A stretch of DNA of 54,026 nucleotides, counting the filler, from Bipalium vagum (Eukaryota), in assembly GCA_037834085.1 (NCBI GenBank). It is 3 parts of 3 records of this genome, joined end to end, with 100 filler letters (N's around TTAATTAATTAA, not from the genome) between each part and the next. Parts side by side here need not be neighbours in the genome. Positions count along the whole stretch, not along the records: positions 1 to 20,965 come from JBBMKC010243817.1; positions 21,066 to 37,033 come from JBBMKC010135437.1; 1 more part is not named here. The stretch is one strand, 5' to 3'. This document shows, piece after piece, positions 12,638 through 24,900 of the stretch; the stretch's first letter is position 1, and each line of letters begins with the position of its first letter. The notes under the pieces were generated by a model that saw only the letters and a program-made list of their open reading frames with translations, had not been told where the DNA came from and ran no database searches. Position numbers and translations under genes: made by a program.

Positions 12638-13671
12638 CATGGTTTGTTATATAAGTAACCGAACTTTTGATTTTAAAACTTAAATTTGTTTCAGCTAATC
12701 ATTAATTTAAAATTACATCATTCATCTTTGAAAATCATCAAAATTTATTTTATTCGAAAAATAGGTTTGAATTCTATTTTGCATTTAAATAAAGGTATAT
12801 ATCATTCTTATTTCATAGATTTACAATGGAAAAAAAGCAAATATTAAAATTTCTTTTAAAATCGGGAACAAATTTTAAGAAATATTTGAATTCCTGAATA
12901 AAGTTTATGGTGATAATTTCATTTCTCGTCCTCGAGTTTATACATGGTTTACACGATTTAAAAATGGACGTTATGATTTAAATGACAATAAAAAGTCTGG
13001 ACGTCCGGAGGCTGAAAATCGTCCACATTTGGTGGGAAAAGTACGCGAAATCAATGCTTCTCATGGTAAAATGACTGTGTGAATGTTAGCAAAAGAATTA
13101 AATACAAGTGTCTTTAACATTTGGACAATTTTAATGAAAGATTTGGGTAAAATAAAGGTTATGTCAAGTTTGTTCCACATGCATTAAATGAAGACCAAAA
13201 AAACAGCTGGTGTTGAATATAATTAATATCTCCTCAACACTGTTGAAAACAATCCAGGGTATATAGACTCCATTACAACTGGTGATGAAAGGTGGTGTTT
13301 CTAATAAGATTCAAAAACCAAACGTCAAAGTAGTAAGTGAAAGCAAAAATGGAAAAAATTGTGTCATTGGATATCTACCATATTCGCTTGGTCGATTGCC
13401 ATGCAACTATTTTCTATTCACAAAACTGAAATTGGCATTGAGAGGTGTATTTTATGATGATGCTCAACCTATTCAAATAGCCGTGACACGAGTGATCAAG
13501 AAAATATTTTTAAATGACTGAATATTTATGCAAGCAATAGTTGACCGTGCCAGATGCTCTATCGAATCCCATGGAACTTAATTTGAATAATTATAAGTTC
13601 TCGTGGATAATATAATGTATAGTTTACTATGTACCAATAAAGTTCTGTTATTTATATTTTAGGTCCTCTCA
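12638..13671 (+). mobile_element. Internally deleted mariner (irritans-like) with both ends
   Basis: Inverted core ATATAA(G/A)TAAC(C/A)GAACTTT at both ends with TA flanks. Reads KVYGDNFISRPRVYTWFTRFKNGRYDLNDNKKSGRP, FVPHALN, TTGDERWCF and a decayed PYSxxxxPCNYFLF. Confidence 0.9.
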
Positions 13672-13739
13672 TAGGTCTTCACGGAAAAGATTTATAGAAC
13701 AAAAATTTATTTTATAAAAACGCAAGAATATTCAATAAT

Positions 13740-14450
13740 TTAATGCTCATCGTTATCATTTATCTTTGTCCAAAGTTTAGTCAAAAGTTCGATACCATAC
13801 TTGAAGAACTTCGGGTCCTGTCAGACTTGGCAATTTCAACAGCGCAATTGCTATTTAATTCTTTTTCATTTAAGAAATGGTTTAATGAACGGAAAAGATC
13901 TGTTGAAACCATATCTGGGCTATTAAATTGGTGATGAAGAGGTTTCCAACTAAAATATTTTAGTTTCTTCCTGTTCATTTTAAAAGTTTGCGGTTTTTCA
14001 TTATCTTGTTAAAGAAAAACACTTCGGCGATTGAGCATAGATGGTCTGATAAGTTTCAATTTATCAGGTAATGTACTTAATTGCCTACATTAGTCCTCAC
14101 TATTGTTAGTTTCACCCATATTCAGGAACTCCATATATATTATTCCCTTTATATCCACCTAAACACAGAGAAGAACTTTGTTCGGATGAAGAACTGGTTT
14201 AGCCGTTGGGATTGGTTTTTCACCAGAACCTAACCACTCTTTTTTACGCTCAGAATTGACATATAAAATCCATTTTTCATCAGATCATACAACTCTTTCT
14301 AGAAATGGGTCTAGATCATGGCGAGTGAGCAAAAAGGTGCAAACTGTCAAAACATTCAAAAGCTGCTGTCATACAGCAAACAGGATCTTTATCATGTCTT
14401 GAGTAAATTTTATCTTCAATAACATTAGTCTACAGCATTTTTGTATAAGA
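13740..14450 (-). mobile_element. Degenerate mariner
   Basis: Minus strand reads SRHDLDPFLERVV*SDEKWILYVNSERKK and WKPLHHQFNSPDMVSTDLFRSLNHFL. Confidence 0.8.
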
Positions 14451-14612
14451 GATACATCTATATTTTTCTGAAAGTACTTTCGAAATCATTTGGTATATAA
14501 ATTATAATTGTGGCACGTCTAGATCATGAAAAAATTTAAAATAAAATCATAAATTACCATAGAACTTAATAAATTAGTTTAAATATTCTTTATTGATTAA
14601 CAATTATTGAAA

Positions 14613-15470
14613 ATGCCAAGAAACGGTTATGCCAATTTCTGTTATGTTTGTGGTTCTTTAGTAACAGCAAAATCAGAAAAAAGCTAACCAACGAAAATAG
14701 ACATATTTATAACGTCTATTTTGGATGTAAAGTGGAAGAGCAGGACAAGACCTGGGTGCCTCACATAATTTGCATATCGTTTTCTACCTCTTTGACAGGA
14801 TGGTATTCTGGGAAAGAAAATGTATACCGTTTTCATTAATGATGATCTATAGAGTTCCTACTGATCATTCAACAGACCACTACTTTTGCAAGACTAAATT
14901 GACTGGTATAAACAAGATGAACTTGATGACTTGATAACAGATTTAGAACTATAAAAAGAACCAGTTGAATTGTTGGGTCCAAGACTGCGTCAAAGCATTG
15001 GTAGAGGCAGAAAAGGTTTTTAATCTCCATTTCATATCAAGTTAGACATGATGAAGACGTTTATAAAGAACATAAATAAAAATGGTACGGCAAATGAATA
15101 CCTAGCCAACAAATTTCCACAAATAATTGATTTAAAGTTGAAAGATGGCATTTTTATAGGTCCTCAAATTGGGATATTGATTAAAGATACTTTTTTTAAA
15201 AGTTGAATCTGATGCATGGAGTTCATTTGTTCAGGTAGTTTATAATAAACCAAAAGTCGGATGATCACGAAAATTTAGTTAGGAATATCATCCATGATTT
15301 TCAAGTTCTAGAATGTCGAATGAGCATATTTTAAATTCACACATGGATTATTTTCCTAGCAACATTGGAACCCAGAGCGAGGAGCATGGTGAACGATTTC
15401 ACGATCCATTATGGAGAAGAGGTATCAGTACAGATGGAATTTTCAGTATGATGGTAGAATATTATATTAA
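14613..15470 (+). mobile_element. Chapaev3-like (CMC superfamily) transposase remnant, internally deleted
   Basis: Motifs in order: NFCYVCG, YFGCKVEEQDKTWVPHIIC, PTDHSTDHYFC, HIKLDMMKTFIK, KFPQ..KLKDGIFIGPQI, NSHMDYFPSNIGTQSEEHGERFH, MERRYQYRW. This matches my recollection of the Chapaev3 consensus. Confidence 0.8.
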
Positions 15471-16697
15471 GCAATACTTAATAAGCAATGTAATAATACC
15501 TTAATTTTATATAAAAGCCTCTTTAAATAATGCGCTTATAAATTATTTCAATTAATGTGGATAAATAATACTAAATAATACTATATGAAAAACCGTAGAC
15601 TTCTGAGACGACCTAATAACAAGTCGTGTATATAATTATAGTAATAATATATTTATATCTTTCTGAAATATAAATTAGAAAAAATTAAGAATTATATTCG
15701 AGTATTTGATTGACAAGGGTTATTTTAATTCTCAATAATTGAGAAAATGTCTAAAACTTATCACCTATTATAATTCTTATCTTTGAATAACACTATTATC
15801 AAAGACCACTCAATATTAAAAAGATATGTAGAAGAATTTGTAATGAAGAAAATAACGAAGACAATAGGCAGTAAATATTATACATTAGTATTAGGATGAT
15901 ATATTCAATGGTTATGTAAAGCAAATGCTTTAACCAATGCCTTGTTTTGAGCTCTGAAGAACATCTTTTGTTATTTGGTCAGAGAAAATTCATTTTATCA
16001 ATTTATTTAGGGCTAGGTTAATTAATTAATCGATTATTTCCATTGTTGTTTATTAATTTAAATTCTAATTGTCAAATTTATTTCAATTGTTTAATTTAAA
16101 GACAGCCATGTTTGATAATAAATATTATAATAATACAAAATAGTTATAAAGAAGAGTGACTTTTGTGAATTTTTGTTTATATCGAATGCGATTAAAGCTA
16201 AAAATTGTATTAAAATAAATATCAAATTATTAAAAAATTAACCTAATAATTTATCTACTAATACTTATCTTGCTCAAAATTTGCAAAGCTCCTTAAAACA
16301 ATAAAAGAAAAAATACTTCCTCTTTATTTTTGAAAAACAAAATATTTCAAACGATTCGTAGGATTTTAAATCTGACTTTATCAATATCTCTCTGTTTCAT
16401 GTTTAAAAGAAACTTGAATTTAGACTGCATATTAATGTTTTGACCATGAACAAAATTTTGATAGAAAAATCTCATTTTAAATAAACGTAACATACAAACA
16501 AATATTTTTTCAGAAAATATAATTAAATAGATATAGGAAACTCATAAAATTAATAAGCTATTCATAAATTAATAATTTAATTAATAATTATTATAAATTA
16601 ATAATTATTGTTGGAATAAAATAAACCTTTAAATGATTTTAAAAATAAAAAAAGATTACTAATCCTATTACAAATATATTGTAACAATTATATAATA

Positions 16698-17820
16698 TTG
16701 GGTTTTCATAAGGTTTTGCCGATTTTGTGATTACGTAGCGAAAAACTTCTATAGATATTTATATTGATATTTTATTTGTTTAAATATTTCAATTATATAA
16801 ATTTAATAATCACAGAACTCAAATTGATTAAAGAAGTTTGGCATTTTATTAATAAATAAAAAGTTAGTTATATTTATAAATGAAGGTGAATAAAGAAGAA
16901 ATTTGATAACTATGGAATTGTATTTCATCAAATGCAAAAACACAACACAGGCTCCGAAAAAAAATTGTTGCTGCTTATGTTGCAGATACTGTTTTTGATA
17001 GAATGGTTCCATCAATTTTGCTCTAGAAATTTCAATATCAATGACGGACCTCGTTCTGGCCGACTAGCATGTCAAAAAGTCAATAAAATCATTCAGATGG
17101 TAGAGGAAAACAGGCATATTGGTAATCACAAAAGACTTTGGTATTCATCATCATACCGTTTTAAACCATTTAAAGAAAGCTAGTTTTAAAAGGAAACTGG
17201 CTGTTTTGATTCAGCATGATTTAACACCGAAAATTTTACTTGACCAAATTTCAATATGCTAAACATTGCTGAAAAGAAAATATATCCAATCATTCTTGAA
17301 ATATCTTATTATGGGTGATGAAAAGTGAATCACATACCAAAAAAATGTTAGAAAACGATCTTGGACAAAACATGGTAAGACCCCCAAAAACCACGGCAAA
17401 GTTTTAATTGACCCCAATGAAGATCATGCTTTGCATCTGGTGGGATTACAAAGGATTCATTTACCTAGAAATACTCCAACCAGTTCAAAATTTTGACTCG
17501 GTTCTCTACTGTCAACAATTAATTAGAGTGCAGTAGTTGCAATAAAGTGGCCAGAATTGATCAATAATAAAGGCGTTGTGTTTCACCATGACAACGCAAG
17601 TGTCTTTGATGAGCCAGAAAAAATTGAAAGACCTTGATTTGGAAGTTTTCTTGCATCAGAGATATGTTGTACCCTCAGACTATCATTTGTTTCGTTCCTT
17701 GATGGTGTAAAATTGAATACAAAGGAGGACGCAAAAAACCACGTATCTCAGTTTTTCAGCGAAAAGTCACAGAAGTTTTACAGTAATGGGATTCTAGCTT
17801 TACCAAAGAAATGGTAAGAT
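16698..17820 (+). mobile_element. Near-full-length degenerate mariner
   Basis: TA + TTGGGTTTTC start. Reads WFHQFCSRNFNINDGPRSGR, QHDLTPK, MGDEK*ITY, MLCIWWDYKG, VVFHHDNA and PSDYHLFRSL, with stops and frameshifts. Confidence 0.9.
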
Positions 17821-18096
17821 ATTATGTAGAATTATATGTATGTAGAATTAAAATAACGTTATAATGGGGAAACTATTTAAATAAAAATTATAAACAACTA
17901 AAGTAGTTCATTAGAAGTAATTCTTTATTTTTATAAAAAAGAGGCTATTTAGGAAAGATAAGTAAAATAAAAGATATTTCTTGGAATAACAATTCATTTT
18001 TAATATTTGCAAAATTCTAATATTTTCTACTTGTCGATAAGAAATAAATAATAATTGGTTGATTTTTGTTCAAATAACATTTATTCCATTAATATC

Positions 18097-20853
18097 TTAA
18101 ATTGATAATAGAAATTTTGCTATAGTAGTGAAAGTTTTCTAAAGGATGGAAAATAAAATGAATAAATAACAGTTAAGCCCACAAAACTTGTAATTGTTGA
18201 TTTTATCCCTTCCAAAGTCTGTCTGGTCAGACTCATATCCTTTTCACTAATTGCAAGCGAAATTTCGTTTATAAAAGAACTATATTTTGCCCAAGTGATT
18301 ATGCAGTAGAAAAGGAATTTGATATTTCCTGTTTTTTAATTTCTTCGTAAATATTTTTTCATTCTTACCCATAGTCTTCACATTCTTAATAAAACGTAAG
18401 AATTTTATATTTTCTACAAAGTCTGAACAATAACATTTCAAATTCTAACATATAAAAAATATTCCAATATGGCATTAGGATATTATGGGATTTGGAATCG
18501 TATAAAGCTTATAATATTATTATAAGTTAGTATTATTATAAAATTAGTATCTACATTTTTTACTATATTTTTTTATTACGTTATCATATTAAAGTATACT
18601 TTTATTTGTTATTATTAATACACATTATTTTAAATTTTCTTTTTTTTCAAATTAATTTCTGTGATTACAAAATTATCTAATATCTTTTTATTACTCTTTG
18701 AATGTCTGGTCTGAAAAATGTAAATATCCCAATAATTAGCTTGTTACAAGAATGATTGATTCTGTTTTTAAGCTGAGTAATTGTAGAAAGTCTGTCTCTA
18801 ATACAATCGTGCTTTAGATATCCCCAGAAGAAGTCTGGTGGAATTAAATCAGACTACCCAATTTAATTGGATTTAATGATCTACAGATACAAAATATTGT
18901 ATCCATGCTCCACTGTGTTACATACACTTATGAATTCTTGTTATTTTAGATCATTAAAAATTCTTCTGCATCACTCTAAGCCTAAAGTTAAGAACATGGT
19001 TTGTTTTGTAGTGTCAGTGGTCAATCTGTTTTCATTAGCATGAATTTAGTGTAGTCTGACTATATGACTAAACCAATTATATAACATATTGAAATTAATT
19101 TCCATAAAAAATGAAATCGTTTTTTTAAAAATAACAAAAGATTTATTTCAGTCAAAATATTTTCCGTTCGCAGCTACAACTTTTCACCATCTTCTGGCAA
19201 AAAATGAATTCCGTGGTAAAATCAAAATCTTGATCCTTTGAAGCAATTCATTGATTCATCCTTTTTGACATCTTTTTAGTAGATGGAAGTCTGTCCAGTA
19301 AAGAGAAAGCTGCATGGATCGAAACAAGTGGATGATAGATGGCGCTATGTCTGGTGAGTACGGGCTGGGGAGGTAGAACCCTCTAGTCAGGTCTTGGCCT
19401 TATCGAGTTGCAAAATGATCAGATCATAAATTAGGCAATATTGTGGTCCATTAGACCCTATTGCTCAACTTAAATAGAGTAATTGCTGCTGATATCGGTC
19501 ACCAGTTGCAGTTCCAGATGATTTGATAAGCTTGGTAATATACTCCCGTTTCGACCCACCAGATACATCACTTTACTTCTGTTCATCTTTGTACTGTCTA
19601 TGTTGATGGTTCTCCGGGCATTGTACATGATTTTTTGCACCTTGGACTCTTTTACAACACCCATTTTTCATCACCAGTTATAATTCGATGCAAAAATGAG
19701 TACCTTGTAAGTATCATTTCGCAAACAGTTTTGTGATTATTTAGTCAAATCTTAGTTTACCAGCAGATGGCCTATCAACATTCAATGTCTGTACTATTTG
19801 GCATTGGTCTTCTTTGATAATTCCTCGTAAAACATAATCTTCCAACTTCTTTGGTTATTCTGAACGTTCTTTTCTTTTAACGGTAAACTGACTTGTCTTA
19901 AATTGTCGATATCTTTTTCGGCAAATTGGTTCAGACAGGGAAGATTCATGATAAGCTTTTGTCATTAATCTATGAATTTCGACTACTGATTTCTTTAAAT
20001 TGTAAAAATATAATAATGATTTCCGAAAATGCTGTTTTCTTAGTCTATGATTTTGCATTTTTGCTAAAATAAATAAGCTATTTAATCAGTTTAGAAATAC
20101 TAGCTATGGACATCTTATAGATACTTAATTTTCAATGAGAAATACATGATATTTATATAAATTAATCTATAACAAAATGATGGGACTAATTCCCACGACT
20201 TATATTTTAAAATTTTCTGAAGTAATTAATATACTTTTAGCCATATAAAAAAATTACTATTATTACATTTTACCACAAATAAAGCCTTCCTCTAATGAAA
20301 CTCTAATATGAAACAAGTACATGGGACTTAATATTGATTGACTTAATTATTGATTTCAATTAATATTATCTGGTCGCGAATTTGAATTATTATACCTTTC
20401 TGATCAGTTTATATACTTCCATAAACGTGACTTATGCAGGGAACGTATCTGGTGTCATCGGATACAATATACAAAAAGACAATTTTAATTAGCAGCGCAC
20501 ACAGATGGATAACATAAGTGAGATTTGATTGACTCCAAATTATTCTTCCTAATAATCATTAAAAAATTTAATCTTACAAACGTTTTTGATAGTTTATGGT
20601 AAATAAGACAACATAGACATTAGCCTCTCTTACCTATTAAAATGGCGAATATGCACTTACTCAATAACATTATTGTAAAAAATAATTTTAAATTAATAAA
20701 AAATAAATGATTTCTTTCAAAAGTTTTAATAATAACTGAATTCTGTTCAACCAAATTATTGAAAATTTCAAACTCATTTTTAAGAAATATTAGGTTGTCT
20801 AATAAATTCGTGCCGTTTTTTTTCGATGTCATCTGGAATGACATTAGATGCAT
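18097..20853 (-). CDS. Tentative 5-exon orphan gene, about 197 aa, hydrophobic, unknown function
   Basis: Phase-consistent GT-AG model: 20853-20634, 20548-20417, 18422-18369, 18328-18183, 18138-18097 (TAA). It has a 40-nt GTAAG..ACAG intron and a 44-nt intron, and AATAAA about 12 nt after the stop. No recognisable domain, and alternative donors exist. Confidence 0.4.
18650..18900 (-). mobile_element. rosa/DD41D-like transposase fragment
   Basis: Reads SDLIPPDFFWGYLKHDCIRDRLSTITQLKNRI (SPDLTPxDFFLWGYLK motif). Similar to 52920-53105. Confidence 0.7.
19085..20200 (-). mobile_element. Degenerate mariner (mauritiana/Mos1-like N-terminus)
   Basis: Reads KQHFRKSLLYFYNLKKSVVEIHRLMTKAYHE, FLHRIITGDEK and PYSPDIAPSIIHLFRSMQ. 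Confidence 0.9.
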
Positions 20854-20965
20854 CTATTAATAATTTAATTTAATATTTAAATAGACAGATCAAGTGTTTG
20901 TTATTTATTAATAGTTGTTTTAACTCATTAGTTTTTAATTTAGTTTTACATGAAATTCAAAATGG

Positions 20966-21065
20966 NNNNNNNNNNNNNNNNNNNNNNNNNNNNNNNNNNN
21001 NNNNNNNNNTTAATTAATTAANNNNNNNNNNNNNNNNNNNNNNNNNNNNNNNNNNNNNNNNNNNN
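20966..21065. other. Artificial scaffold-concatenation linker
   Basis: 44 N + TTAATTAATTAA (stops in all six frames) + 44 N, 100 bp total. Confidence 0.97.
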
Positions 21066-21209
21066 ATAAAATTTATTTTAAAACAAATCCATGATCTTCC
21101 AGCTTTGTTTGAATAGACATGTCTTCATTTTCCAAACTAATCGTTGTAATTCGGCGCTAGTTATTGAATTTGTTAATGAATGTATTTATTAAGGTGTTAC
21201 GTAATTAAA

Positions 21210-21294
21210 ATAAGATCTCCGTCTAATATCAACAACGGTTTACATCATTGGAATTGTGTTCAAAAAGCAATGTGATATTAAGCGGGTTTGACTG
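21210..21294. mobile_element. pogo/Tigger-like terminal inverted repeat end
   Basis: ...ATATTAAGCGGGTTTGACTG-TA, whose reverse complement TA-CAGTCAAACCCGC is a typical pogo/Tigger terminus, with a subterminal near-inverted copy at about 21217. Confidence 0.4.
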
Positions 21295-21944
21295 TATATT
21301 AAAAGTAATTTAATATTAATAAAAATTTTTAGATAATGAAAGAAATTTTAATTAAAACAGAAAATATGTAAAGAATATATCTAAAATCGTGTATTAATAA
21401 AATTTACATTTATTTTCGTTTATTATTTTGTTATTAAAAATTTTGAAAAAAGAATTACAGAAAAGGAATAGTCAGCATTTTTTTCTAAAATAATTTCATT
21501 ATTAATTCTGTTTGCTTAACAAAGTGAAGAATTGTCTTTTATAAAGATGTTAATTAATTTTTAAATTTTGTCACTGATAAAATCCCATAAAAATACCAAC
21601 TGTGGCATGTTTCACCAATCATTCTAATAAGAATTAAATAGAATTACTGATTACTATTATGATTATATTTTATCGTAGTATAAATGATCTAAAATCCATC
21701 AATTTGTCGGGGAAATAAAGTTAGGTATATAATTACAATCGGTAGTTCTTGTTTAAAAATGATTAACTTTATTATAACAATCGGATCAACCGAAAAGTTT
21801 TTCATTAAAGATATAAATTTATGTATTTGAATTGTTTAATTAATTTAATTGTTTAAATAATGCTGCTGTGCAGAAACCAATTTTCTGTATATTTTAATCA
21901 TTGTGTTTTTATGTCAAAAATAAATTTTTCTGTCAACGGTCCTT

Positions 21945-24900
21945 ATGTCTTTTTGTTTTAAAACCAAAACTCATCACCAAGAAAGATTTAGATTGTATCC
22001 ATCAAATTTTCATCTTCCGCTTTTTACAAAATTGCGGCAATCTAATAATCTTGTTCGAACCACAAAGTATCGTTTCTATAATTTCCTTTTTTTAAATCTC
22101 TTTGAACAACTAAAAAGATATTCTAATATATTTTTTATATTTTGTGTCATTCTTAACTTTATTCCAAAAATTGCCACGTTTTCTAAAGAGACAGCTGTGA
22201 TACCTATCTTATTTATTTTAATTACAACTCTTATTAAAGATGGAGTTGAAGATTTAAGACGATATGCAAGTGACAAGAAGATCAATAATTTAAGAGTTTT
22301 AAAATATGATGAGTAATTGATATTTATATTTCTCTATCCTATTTTCTATTACATTAAGAGGGACAATGCAATTTGTACCATGTTTTTGGAAAGATATAAA
22401 AGCTGGAGATTTTGTTCAAATTTTATCTAGTCAAAGAATTCCTGCTGATCTTTTACTATATTATTCTAGTGATATTTCAGGAATGTGTTATATTGAAACG
22501 GCTAACATAGATGGAGAAACTACTTTGAAACAAAGAACAATCATGAAGCCCATTGATCCAGAATCAGTAATCAATATTTAGAATTTTAAAATCTTAATTA
22601 TAATGTATATTTATTTAATAAATAGAAATATCATTTAATATTCTTCAATTAAATATTTCATATCCTTCCATGTTATTCAATTGTTATGCCACCAATAGAA
22701 ATGAATATTATTGTTAATTTAATTAAAATTATGAGTACTTTTATTATTAATAATTTGGACAATTAAAAAAATCAAAATAAGCTTAAAAGTAAAAATTGAA
22801 AAGAAATTGAAAAGAAAAGAAAGTCAATGAGAAATATTTAGATAAAAATAATTGTAATTTAAGTCTACATTATTTAAATTTGTAGTAAAGTTATATGAAT
22901 TAGAATCGAAACTTTTAATTTAATTTTTTAAGTTGATGGATAAATTTGTCTTATTTATTAGACAAAAGCTTAACAAAAATTTTATTCATTTAAAATTCAG
23001 ATTTAATCAGTGAAGCATTTTCTATTCTGTTGTCTGACCTTTCTCCATCTCTTCAGCAGCTGCATAAGTCCGCGCTTATAGAAATCCTGGAATTTCTGGT
23101 TTCTCTAACTTGTTTCAGGTGGCCAGAGACACATATGATGTAGTATTGTCTTGCTGAAAAACAATATCCTTTCTGTTGGGAGAGACAGGAGGCTTGCTTC
23201 AGTCCACTTAGTTGTGAACAGTATTTATCTGAATTAATGGTCTCATTGTCAGATAAGAACTCATACAAAATTATTCCCTTGCAGTCCTACCAAATATTAC
23301 CTTCTTCGGGTGTAAACTGGCTTTGATATTAGGTGACGGAGGCTCTCCGATCTTAGACCACGATTTCTTGAGCTTAAAATTATTGTACAAGACCAATTTT
23401 TCATCCCCTGTGAAATTTTCTTTAAATTCTCAATGATTATTAATACATTGTGTTATAATTTTACATGTTTTTTCCGAAAATAGAATAATTTTGAAGAGAT
23501 TTTCAAATATTATTTTATGGAACTTGAGACCCCCAATAAGGAAATATACAAATTCAACGGCAATCTGTAAGAAAGAAAATAATAATATTTCAATTTATAA
23601 ATTCATTTAACAGATTTGATAGCAGAACTGGTAAGTGCATTCGAAACTTGAAGTTTACCAATGTGGTTTTAAGGGATACAATATTGCGAAATACGCAAGA
23701 AATTCGAGGAATTGTTGTATACGCTGGTAAGATTTTCTTAAAAATATATTTATTATTCGACTTCAGAAAGACAGATTATTAAATAAACATTTCATTACTG
23801 TCATTGGTAAAATTGCCCATATCGACATCATTATCATTTAAATACAGAATTTATGATATTATTTCGAAGTTATCTTTAATTAATTATGTAAATTTTAATG
23901 ATATTAATAAAAATTATATTAATTAATAAAAAAGTAATGATAATTGTCATAATAATACCAATAATAATTAAGTACCTTAAAAACATAATAATGATCAAAA
24001 TTTCAACTATATTTAAGCTATTATGAAAAATAAGTTGATTTTTGTTCACTTATACATAATTATAGGAAATGAAACAAAAATCTTTATGAATAATAACAAA
24101 GCCCGATTCAAAAGAAGCTTGCTTGAAAATCAGCTGAATATAGACATGTTAATGTGTTTGATAATCCTGTTCATTGTGTGTTTAATGACTGGGATAGGTT
24201 AGTTTTAATTTAATTCTCAAGTTAAATAAATTCATTGATGCTTACTTTAATTACTTATATCATGAAAAACCACAATGAATAATACAGGCTAGGTTACAAG
24301 TTCCGAAACTATTTTATTATTAATAATATATTGAAGACTTCCTTTAAATAATATGTTAATGTTAAATTCATTTTTTTATTTTAGACGTCAGGCAATCGTT
24401 CTTCTATAATTAATTGATATGATGTATTGCCTATATTAAATAATATACTAAAATTGGTATGTTAAAAATGAAATTAGATTTTACAAATTATTTTTGTCGT
24501 AATCTTAATTAAGTTTCCTTTTTCTAGTAATGTTTGATCAACTATTAAATTGCAATTTTTTCATTTTTCCTCAAAGTATAATTTCTATTTTAAATAATGG
24601 TTTTGGTTTTAAACAATTTTAAAATGCAGTCGGATAATGAAAAAAAAATTTAACAAATATTCAAAAATTTTCTTTAAAGACAAATTATATTATCCAATTA
24701 TAAAGATTATGGGATTTGATATATTTTGATACATCTAATATGATTGTTAGAAAAAACAATTTTTGATCGGAGTGTAGTCATCTGCTTATTGTTGTAGTGT
24801 CTTGTTAATTTTAAATATTTAGTAACATGCAAATGGAAATTTTTAATTTTCAGGATATACATTTTGGCTTAATGGATTTACTGATAAGAGTTCAATTGTA

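Noticed and set aside
15780-15990. Weak hAT-like fragment (KRYVEEFVMKKITKTIGSKYYTLVLG)
   Set aside because: Too short and degenerate to support a call.
18097-20853. Vague resemblance of the orphan gene model to NEPRO/Rmp1-like proteins
   Set aside because: Impression only, with no motif I can align confidently. It needs a profile search.
21010-21021. TTAATTAATTAA palindrome between N runs (also 37078-37089) as a biological motif
   Set aside because: Identical, symmetric 44-N padding at both sites marks it as an artificial six-frame-stop linker.
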